From positions 27,283-91,282 of the forward strand of contig CAVSOP010000006.1 in assembly GCA_963729635.1 (NCBI GenBank): a stretch of DNA of 64,000 nt, in the 5' to 3' direction. A model generated the notes under the pieces. That model was not told the origin of the DNA. It searched no databases and worked only from the letters and a program-made list of their open reading frames with translations. The position numbers were made by a program, and so were the translations under genes. Origin of the DNA: an uncultured archaeon (lineage in GTDB: Archaea > Micrarchaeota > Micrarchaeia > Micrarchaeales > CABMGC01). Shown here piece after piece: positions 39,926-48,404 of the stretch. Every line of letters starts with the position of its first letter. The first letter of the stretch is position 1.

Positions 39926-40105
39926 TTACGTGTTCGCGAGCGCCAGCGCCTGCCACTCGTTCGCGGTGCTTGTTATAGTGGACATTCCCGGGGTGCCGTA
40001 AGTTCCGGAGAAGTAGGGATAGGTCAGGCCGTAGGCGGTCCCGTTGAATCCGTCGCCCGAGTAGTCGTTTGCGTTGCCGTTGAGGGGCCACCAGTCGGAT
40101 AACAC
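39926..40105 (-). pseudogene. C-terminal remnant (about 58 codons) of a LamG pilin-like paralog
   Basis: Translates VLSDWWPLNGNANDYSGDGFNGTAYGLTYPYFSGTYGTPGMSTITSTANEWQALALANT, near-identical to the C-terminus of gene 41572..44203. It includes a 41-nt identical run GCCTGCCACTCGTTCGCGGTGCTTGTTATAGTGGACATTCC. It starts directly at the ATPase stop. Confidence 0.8.
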
Positions 40106-41455
40106 TTATTCCAATGCATCCGCATTGCCAAGCAGCCAGCTACGCAGGTCAACGTAATTAATTCTGAAGCCCTTTACCGTTTCCTTTCCCTTCTTGTCGT
40201 AGGTTATGATTGTGCCCTCCTTGAGACCGAGATCCTGCATGCACTCGATCAGCGCGTCGAGTTCCCTTCCCTCCGTCTCCTGACTGTCCATCTTGTACGC
40301 GGCCTGAATTGCGCGAAGCGTCTTGCCCGCCTTTACCAGAAAATCCACCTCCCTGCCGCTTGTTTTAGATTTCCAGTAGAAAATCTCGGTTGGTTTGCCT
40401 GAATGGCTTCTTCTAAGCAGTTCTATCGCGATGGCGTTCTCCATCAACCGTCCTTTTATCTCCATGAAACTGAATCCGAGTACTGTGGAAAACCCGTTGT
40501 CTATTGAGTATACCTTTCGCGGGCTGTTCTCCTGTTCCTTGACTGAGAACGAAAACCGTTTGACGAAGAAAAGCAGTAAGGAGCTGCCCAGGTATTCGGA
40601 GAAGCGCTGCACGGTCTTTACAGGCATCCCTTTTCCGCCGCCTGACCTTGTCGAGCGCGATATGCTGTTGTAAGTCACAGTTGATGATATGTTGGTGAGA
40701 TAGAATTTCGCAAGGAAGCGCAATTTTTCCTGGTCCCTTATCTTGTACCTGCCGGCGACGTCCTTTATCAGTATCGTATCGAAATAGCTGACCAGAAGGT
40801 CCTCCTTGTTCCTGGCCCGAACTACTGCGGGAAACCCCCCATATTGCAGGTAGTCCTCCAGCAGGGCGTCAACCTCGCCAGAGCTGGCCGCCAGGTCCAG
40901 CCTACTCCTTGCGTGCACGCCGTTGAATTCCAGGAATTCGGAGAAGCCCAAAGGGGAAACGTTGACGATTATGTGCCTGCCCGAGAGCAGCGTGGAGTAT
41001 TCGGAGCTTAGAAGGGCGGACGACGAGCCGGTCACCACGAATGATGCATCATCCCGCTCGCTGAGCCCCCTTACGAACCGTTCCCAGCCGGGCACCTCCT
41101 GGGCCTCGTCAAGCACTATGAGCGGCCTCCGTTTCGGACGCAGTTCCCTCTTGTACAGCTCGTACGCCGCCAACAGGAGGCCGTAGTTCTTCTCGACGAG
41201 CCTTTCGTCGTCGAGGTTTATTATAAGCACATCCTCTTTGCCGAGACCGTCCTCTATGAATCTTGCTGCCACCTGCTTGGCTATGAACGACTTGCCGCAC
41301 CTCCTTATTCCGACCTCCGCCACCACCTTGTTGCCGTCCTTGAGGAGGTCCGATATCCTATCGGTGTAGACATCCCTGCCCACTCCGACGTCAGGCGCCC
41401 TGGAGCCCCAGAAGTTCCAGTCGGACAGAATCCTCAGCAGCTTGCCTTCCTCCAT
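40106..41455 (-). CDS. AAA_14 / DUF4143-family ATPase (COG1373-like), copy 1
   Basis: Intact 449-aa ORF. Walker A GIRRCGKSFIAKQV, Walker B LIVLDEAQEVPGWERFV, VTGSSSALL, GRHIIVNVSPLGFSEFLEF, then a DUF4143-like C-terminal half. GC is lower than the surrounding pilin genes. Confidence 0.8.
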   Translation of the reverse strand: MEEGKLLRILSDWNFWGSRAPDVGVGRDVYTDRISDLLKDGNKVVAEVGIRRCGKSFIAKQVAARFIEDGLGKEDVLIINLDDERLVEKNYGLLLAAYELYKRELRPKRRPLIVLDEAQEVPGWERFVRGLSERDDASFVVTGSSSALLSSEYSTLLSGRHIIVNVSPLGFSEFLEFNGVHARSRLDLAASSGEVDALLEDYLQYGGFPAVVRARNKEDLLVSYFDTILIKDVAGRYKIRDQEKLRFLAKFYLTNISSTVTYNSISRSTRSGGGKGMPVKTVQRFSEYLGSSLLLFFVKRFSFSVKEQENSPRKVYSIDNGFSTVLGFSFMEIKGRLMENAIAIELLRRSHSGKPTEIFYWKSKTSGREVDFLVKAGKTLRAIQAAYKMDSQETEGRELDALIECMQDLGLKEGTIITYDKKGKETVKGFRINYVDLRSWLLGNADALE

Positions 41456-41467
41456 ATTTGTGACTTA

Positions 41468-41515
41468 TGTGACACAAAATATTAATATCTTGTGTTTCGT
41501 GTGACACAAAATATT
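41468..41515. promoter_or_regulatory. Two copies of TGTGACACAAAATATT (41468-41483, 41500-41515) upstream of ATPase copy 1
   Basis: Perfect 16-nt direct repeat with 32-nt periodicity in the 116-nt spacer. Each copy contains the near-palindrome TGTGACACA and an AT-rich TATA-like part. Confidence 0.5.
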
Positions 41516-41571
41516 GAAGCGGTCGCCTCGGACCGCCAGCTGACATGCACACGCCATGAGACGAAGCGCAT

Positions 41572-44203
41572 TCACGTGTTAGCCAGGCCGAGAGCCTGCC
41601 ACTCGTTCGCGGTGCTTGTTATAGTGGACATTCCGGGGGAGTTGTACGTTCCTGAGAAGTAGGGGTAGGTAACGCTCGTCGCAGTCCCGTTGTTGCCCTG
41701 GCCGCTGTAGTCGTTGGCATTGCCGTTGAGGGGCCACCAGCCTACCGGACCCGCGCCATTCAGAGGTAGGCCCGTAATGCCCCCTTGGTAAAGCAATTGC
41801 ACCTGATTCGCCGAAAGGGCGGTGTTGTAGACCTGGACGTCCGAGATTGAGCCTGCAGGGTAATAGTAGCCCAGGGAGCTGGCCAAGCCTATATCCGAGG
41901 CGCCAGACGTGGTGGCGAACGCGATTCCCCCTCCTGTTGTAGATTGGGACTGCCCGTCGACGTAAACCGTCGCCTGGGTGGCACCCGAAGCGTACGTGTA
42001 GCCTACGAAATGCCATACGTTGGGAGTTATGGCCAGCGTAGAAGAATAACCGACTCCTGGCGTGGAAACATACAAATTGCCGTTATAGATGAGCAGCCCG
42101 GTACCCGTCTGCCCGCTGACACCCCCGTACCAATAGATGGTATAAAGTCCGCTGGTTATGGCCGTCGGGGCATTCACCCACGCGAAGACGCTTCTCGGGC
42201 TGCTGCCGAGAGGCTGTCCCGTCGTGCCCGTGCTTATGTAGCTGCTCTGGCCGTTGAAGTTGCCGGTCTGCGCGTACCCGCTCTGCACCTCGAGGGGCAT
42301 GCTACTCAAGTAGATGTCGGGCAGGCCGCTGTTCGAGCACCTGCTGTTCGAGGTGCACGAGAGGATTCCCGGGACCGGCTGGGGCGGCGCCGGCGTTACG
42401 TATGAGAGCGCGCTGTCCCTGGCGTAGTTCGTGGGCAGCGCATAGATCACGTTATAGGTCACGCCGTTGTCCGCGTAGCCGCTGAGGTCGTTCGCGTTGC
42501 CGTTGAGGGACCACCAGCCCGAGAGGCTCGACCAGCCGCCCGCGAAGTTCAAGTTGAATACCGGCAGGCCGGAGACGCCCTCCTGGTAGAGCTGCTGGAT
42601 CTGGGTCGGCGAGAGGACCGAGTCATAGACCTGCGCGTTCGCTATCATGCCGTTGAAGTTGAAATATGGGCTGACGGAGGCTTCCCCGATAACCACAACA
42701 CCGGGCGCCAGGCTGCCGCTGATGGGGGCGTTGGCCACCAGCACGCCGTTCACGTACAGCCTGGCAGTGGAGCCGTCGTACGTGCCGACGTACTGCGTCC
42801 ACGCCCCGATGGCGGGGCACGAGCCGCCAGTCGCGAGGGCGCTATTACCGTGCGGGTAGTAGCCGGTGTAGACCCCGAAACCCGGGCCGGTCGAGGTGCA
42901 CGAGTCTAAGTAAGTCGCGCTCTGCGCCATCAGTATGCCCCTCGGGTCGCCGTTTCCGGGCCCGAGCTGGTCCGCCCAGACTGCCATCGTGACCTGGTTG
43001 CCCTGGGCGAGCGCGGTCGGGGAGATGCTCACGTAGCTGCTCTGGCCGTTGAAGACGCCTGCCTGCGCGTTGTAGTTCGAGAACGTGAATATGCCGTTGG
43101 GCGACTCGTTGAGCAAGTTGGCCGCCGGCCCTGTCCATGTAGGACGGAGCGAAGGGCGAGGCGAAGTAGTAGCCGTTCGATACCGCGTTCCTCAGGCCTT
43201 CCACGTTGAGCGTATCCATTCCGGGCCCGTAGAGCAGTACGCGCATCCCCGTCGGCAGGCTCGGCATTATGCCGGGCGCGGCGCCGCTGTAGACCAGATA
43301 TGGCATCGCAGGCATGGATGGCGGGAGATAAGTTATGAGGCCGGCGTAGCCGCTTATGCACCCGCTCAGGCTCACCGAGTTGTAGGTCGCTATTATGATG
43401 TTCCCGCTGTAGGGCGCGGAATTGAAGGGCGACCGGATTCCCGTGCAGTTCGCGCTGCTGGTGGAGCTGCTGGGAATGTTGTATATGGTGCCATACGCGA
43501 ATCCCACGTTGTTTCCGGAAGCCGCGTAGACCCCGCCTATCTGCGAGGTCAGGTTCCCAAGGCTCGCGAACTTGATCGTCTTCCATATGCCCTGCTGCGC
43601 GTAGAAGAGGTCGGGGGTGTTGTTCAGCGCTATTGACGCGTTGACGGGTATGCTGTACCTGTAGAGGATCCCCGATGCGTTCAGCGCGACGTTCTCCACG
43701 TACGAGACGCGGAGGTGATACGGATCGGTCTGGAAGAAGACCGGCGTCGTCTCGTTTATGATGACGTTCTGTCCGAGGCCGAGCTGGCCCGACACCAGGA
43801 CGTTGTAGCCGCTGAACGTAAGGCCGCCCATCGCCTTCTGGGTATATCCGGTCGCGTACGCGTCGTTGGGCAGGGTCCCGGTCATCATCAGTCCGGAAGC
43901 GTATGTGCTGAAGTTTGAGATGAGGTTGCCCCTGCTCGGCGCCGCGCTGTACTCGTAGTTCGCCAGGACAGTGAGCGCCCTCGAGGCGCTCTCCTTCGCG
44001 AAGAGGTTCGCGCTCTGCCTCAGGAGGGTGCCGTAGTTCATCGAGCTCAGCGAGACGGAGAGAGACTGCGACGCGGCGTTCGCGTTGATGTTGAGGAGGG
44101 AGAAGGCGAAGAGCGCCGAGACCATGAGCAGGAACATCACCAGCACAAGTATCGTCATCAGCTGGGCCTTGCTTGACCTTCCAAGGGGATTAGTCATTTC
44201 CAT
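41572..44203 (-). CDS. Pilin-like (class III signal peptide) giant surface protein with two LamG-type domains, one apparent frameshift near 43100
   Basis: N-terminus MEMTNPLGRSSKAQLMTILVLVMFLLMVSALFAF. The C-terminal half has FNGQSSY...W.HVA/YVG...LYVNG motifs and GWWPLNGNANDYSGQGNNG repeats, typical of concanavalin A-like LamG (Laminin_G_3) domains. Confidence 0.7.
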
Positions 44204-46369
44204 GTGTAGACACCTACTTTGATGACGTTATCCGCGCCAGTAGTATAGTTCAGCAACGGGACGAAGACGCTCGCCGAGCCTATCGAGTAAGCGTTGGCGA
44301 GGCTCAGCGCCGTGTAGTTCTGCGATACGAATGCGACTCCGCTGTTGTATCCCGTGTTGAATCCCGCGTAGTCGTTAGCGTCTCCCCCGAGAGGCCACCA
44401 GCCCGCCAGACCTGCGTTGCTCAGGGGAAGGCCGGATATGCCCCTCTGATAAAGGGTCTGGATCTGGCTTGGCGAGAGCGTGGTGCCGTACATCTGGAAA
44501 TCCGCCAGGCTCCCGCTGAAATAGGAACTTGCCCTTGCGCTGTCGCCGATGTAGAAATTATAAGTGCTCCAGGACAGGGGTCCTGTTAGCCCGGCTTGCT
44601 TGGCCACCTGGACCCCGTTCACGTACACCGAGATTGCGTTGGCGCTCTGAGTCCCGTTCCACTGGGCGACGACGAAGGTCCATGTGTTGATGGGGAAAGT
44701 GCTCAGCGGAATCTGCGACGACGTCGATGCCCTGTTCGCCGAATTGTATATGTCAAACTCGATGTTCGGCGGGCTCCCGGCCGGATACGCAGTTAATGCT
44801 ACGCCTCCCTGGGTGCCGGGGCTCCCTAGGCCTTCGCCTCCGAAGACCGCGGGGTAGGTCGAGGCGGACCAGCTCGAGGGATTGAGCCAGAGGGAGATTG
44901 CGAAGGCTCCGACAGGTTCGGCAGAGGCCGGAAGCTGGACGTAGCTGCTCGCCCCGTTGAAGCTCCCGACAAGGGTGTTGTGCGCCGAGGCGTTGCCGGC
45001 GACGACGGTATAGTTGGCCGCGGGGAACGCCGCGCTCGAGAGCGCCTCCGCGCAGCCCGGATCGGAGTTCAGGTAGAGGGTCGCGATGGCGGAGAGGGCC
45101 GACGAGTGCATGGGCGCGTTGCAGGCGCCGTACGCGATCACGCTGCTCCCTACGACGACGTAGAGCCTCCCGTACGCCAGTGCCATGTACGGCAGGGCTC
45201 CGGCGGAGCCCGGGATCGGCGTGAACCATGCGACCGTGCCGTTATTGACGTACTGTCCTGCCAGGCCGTTCGACCAGAGGGTGTAGACCATCTTACCCGA
45301 AATCGCAGGGGTTGCACCCGCGAGCGCGGTCCCGAAGGACGAGGGGACCGTCGCAGTCCAGAGCTGCACTCCAGAGGGGGAGAACGCCGCTTCGCCGGTC
45401 GCGACTTGGTATATCACGTAATTCTTGTAATCCGCCACGCCGGTGGCTGAGGCTGTTGTTATGGGGAATCCGGCCGCGGGCAGGCTGTTGACGACCAATG
45501 CGTTGGCCATCGAGCTCCCGCCGAAGTATATCTCAGATCCCTCGCCTGCAAGACCGGTCGTGATGGAAGGTGGCGTAACGCTCCAGAGCTGGCTGGCCGC
45601 ATTTCCCGTCTGCATCAGGAGAAGCACGTTGCCAGAGGCTCTCGCGGCCAGGTTTCCATCGGCCACGATTATGTTGAAGGGGGAAGTTCCTGCGCCGGAG
45701 ACAGTCCATGCGGACGTTCCGTTGCCCGCGAAGAACGAGTACACGCCGCCGTTCGTCGCGCCGAAGATCACCCTGTTGTCGTACGCCAGGATCGGCGAGG
45801 TTACCGCCGAAGGCAGGCTAACGCTCCAGACCGGAGCGCCCGTTCTGGCATTGAGCGCCACGAGGTTGGCAGAATTGGCAAAGACCAGGGTCCCCGCATA
45901 CAGGGCAGGTGTGGACGCCACGCTCGATGCCGTGGAGCTGCTCCAGACGACGTTGTTCGTCGTCGCGTTCACGGCGTAGACGAGTGCTGCCCGCGGCGAA
46001 GTAGATGTTGCCGTAATCCGCCACGACGCTAGTGGTTATGGTGTTGCCCGCGGCGAACACGGAAGAGAATATGGGCTCAATCGGCCCGAAATCGTTGCTG
46101 TTGTTCCTGAAGATTCCGCCCTCCGAATTGCTGCCAGGTCGCGTTGGCGCCGGCGAACTGGTTCGACATCGCCTTGGCGAGCGCGCTGCTGTTCTGCATG
46201 ACGTCGACGGAGGTCGAGAGGAGGTTCGAGAGCGCCGACTGCGCGTTCGAGTATTGGATCGGTGTAGGGGCGTCTGGTTCGAGTAGTTGAAATAGAGCAG
46301 TATCGATATGCTGGCGACGGCTATGGCCAGCGCGAAGATCGCATCCAGAGTGAATACCACGCCTTTCAT
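44194..46369 (-). CDS. Pilin-like protein with PQQ-like beta-propeller repeats and a C-terminal LamG domain, apparent frameshifts near 45975 and 46250
   Basis: N-terminus MKGVVFTLDAIFALAIAVASISILLY. Repeated strands of the type LVALNARTGAPVWSV / VYSFFAGNGTSAWTV / GVQLWTATVP. C-terminal FNGASSYVQLP...GLAGWWPLGGDANDYAG. Confidence 0.65.
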
Positions 46370-46914
46370 CAACTGACCCCGAATGTCTTGTTCGTCCAGA
46401 CGATTATCTGCACCCTGACGGGCGCGCCGTTAAGCGTCGCGGACTGCATCGCGACCTGCGACGCGGTGGCCTTGTTGCTGTAGGGCGGCACGCCCAGGGA
46501 CATCGTCATGTTATTTCCGTACATGACAATATAATACTCATACCCCACCCCGAGCAGGGGCTTGGTGTCCTGGTAATAGACCGAGTTGGAAGTAGTCGGA
46601 CATGGCCATGAAGGTCATGACCTTGCCCGGCGAGAGCGCGGTGCCCGCTGCCGGTGCCGAGGCCGATGCTTGATATTGGACCAGGTCATCGTGTTAGACA
46701 CGTTCAGCACCGAGTTCCAGTTTGACGGGGTGCCAGGGCCGAGTATCCTGTTCTGAAGGCTCTGCAGCTGCGCCTGGAGGTTGGCCGACCCCAGCCCGTA
46801 TGACAGGGAGTACTGGTTGCTTATGCTCGTCCACACGAAGGTGAGGAGCACGAGCGCCGTCCCGAAAATCACCACTGCGAAGATAACGTCGAATGACCAG
46901 AATTGCGCTCTCAT
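46369..46914 (-). CDS. Small pilin-like protein, apparent frameshifts
   Basis: MRAQFWSFDVIFAVVIFGTALVLLTFVW (class III signal peptide-like: basic residue, Q, hydrophobic helix). Its stop overlaps the next ATG and its ATG overlaps the stop of ATPase copy 2 (ATGA). Confidence 0.6.
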
Positions 46915-48185
46915 GGCGATGCACCAGTCATAATAGATTCCTTACCCAGAAGAACTTTAAGTATATTCATTATCTTTATCGTCTTTTCGTCCCTCTGCAC
47001 CTCTTTATCTACTTGCGAGGAAATCACATATCCTTCACGCTGCTTGAATTTATTTAGGAAGAAAAACACGTTTTCCAGTTCTATGCCTCCGTACTTCACC
47101 TCTATCGGAAAGCCACCTTCCGTGACGATATCCACTTCGTGCTTGTACGCGTCCCTCCAGAAGAATTTGGCGTCGAGTTGGCTCACTGCAAGCCATTCGA
47201 ACACCTTGGACCTGTAAAGGTCGTCCGTCTTGTAGGTAAGTTCCGGAGACAGCACAGTGGGATAATACTTTTTGAGCTTCTTCTCCTGCCTTCTGGACTT
47301 TTTCGAGTAGTTATAGAGCCTCCTTATCAGAAAGGCGTCCTCTAGGTAGGAGAGATAATCCGAAGCTGTCTGTCTTGAGATGCCCAGGTCACTTGCAAGC
47401 CTGATGTACTCTATGATCTGCCCCGGGTCCTGCATGAGCATGTTCAACATGGCCTTCAGCGCTCCGATGTTTTCGACCTCGAACGCCTCCGGAATGTCCT
47501 TGTACAGGATCCTCTCAGCTATCCCTTCCACTATGTACTTCCTTATGGCGACCGGATCATCGATGCCTATCAGCTCCGGGAACCCCTGGATTCGTATGAA
47601 CTCGTTGAGTAGCCTCCTGAGCTCGCCCTCGTGGAGCCTGATATTGTCGAAGTGCCTCCCTTTGAAATCTAAGAACTCCGCGAAAGACAGGGGATTGACC
47701 TTAAACTCGAAGATCCTCCCCGCGAGACTCTCTTTCGATTTCTTCCTTATGGAAAGAGACTCGGAACCGGAGAGCAGTATCTTGGTGGTGGCGGAGTGGA
47801 TGTCGTAGACCGTCTTCACCTGGTTCTCCCAGTCGGCGAGCTTCTGCACCTCGTCTAGCACGAGAAGGTGCCCGCCATCCTTCAGGCTCCTCTCGCAGAA
47901 GTTCTCATACTCCTTTATGACGTCCCTCAGTTCGACATCCCTGGCCTCGTCGAATGAGAAGAATAGGATGTCCTTTGGATCCATGCCCGAGGCTATGCTG
48001 TCTTCGATGATCTTGAGGAGCAACGTGGTCTTTCCCACCCGCCGCAGGCCGGTGAAGGACACTATCTGTTTCATTCCGAGATACTTCTTGACCTGCCTGT
48101 AGACCTCCCGCTCCTTGAAGGCCACCTTGAAGTCTCCGCTCCACCATGCGTTCCTTTCAATCATCAGGTCCAGAATCTTTGGCAT
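46911..48185 (-). CDS. AAA_14 / DUF4143-family ATPase (COG1373-like), copy 2
   Basis: Intact 424-aa ORF. Walker A GLRRVGKTTLLLKI, Walker B LLVLDEVQKLADWENQV, LSGSESLSI, GRIFEFKVNPLSFAEFLDF. Clearly AT-richer than its neighbours. Confidence 0.8.
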   Translation of the reverse strand: MPKILDLMIERNAWWSGDFKVAFKEREVYRQVKKYLGMKQIVSFTGLRRVGKTTLLLKIIEDSIASGMDPKDILFFSFDEARDVELRDVIKEYENFCERSLKDGGHLLVLDEVQKLADWENQVKTVYDIHSATTKILLSGSESLSIRKKSKESLAGRIFEFKVNPLSFAEFLDFKGRHFDNIRLHEGELRRLLNEFIRIQGFPELIGIDDPVAIRKYIVEGIAERILYKDIPEAFEVENIGALKAMLNMLMQDPGQIIEYIRLASDLGISRQTASDYLSYLEDAFLIRRLYNYSKKSRRQEKKLKKYYPTVLSPELTYKTDDLYRSKVFEWLAVSQLDAKFFWRDAYKHEVDIVTEGGFPIEVKYGGIELENVFFFLNKFKQREGYVISSQVDKEVQRDEKTIKIMNILKVLLGKESIMTGASP

Positions 48186-48384
48186 GTGTAACCATCATTA
48201 AATCGATTTAATGTTAATCATAACTAACATCAAATATAAAAACCTATTCCCATGATCTTTCGCCACTGGTGTCATCCAATTCGTCCCTAATTTATGATTA
48301 ATCTATGATACTTATATGTCTCATAGAATCGATTCTATGATACTTAGCATTAACATCAAATATGCGATCTGGTGCTCGGGAAAG

Positions 48385-48404
48385 CCAGAACTGCGCCCTC
48401 ATGG
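48385..48404. repeat. 20-nt duplicate of the small-pilin gene start (CCAGAACTGCGCCCTCATGG; other copy 46897-46916, 2 mismatches)
   Basis: Both copies read ATGAGRGCGCARTTCTGG (MRAQFW) on the minus strand, and each overlaps the stop of the preceding gene as ATGA. Only the 46897 copy continues into a pilin ORF. Confidence 0.8.

Noticed and set aside
41468-41515. Short direct repeats here and at 48227-48363 considered as a mini CRISPR array.
   Set aside because: There are only two copies each, 13-16 nt long, in promoter-proximal AT-rich spacers. There is no repeat-spacer periodicity typical of CRISPR and no cas genes in the window.
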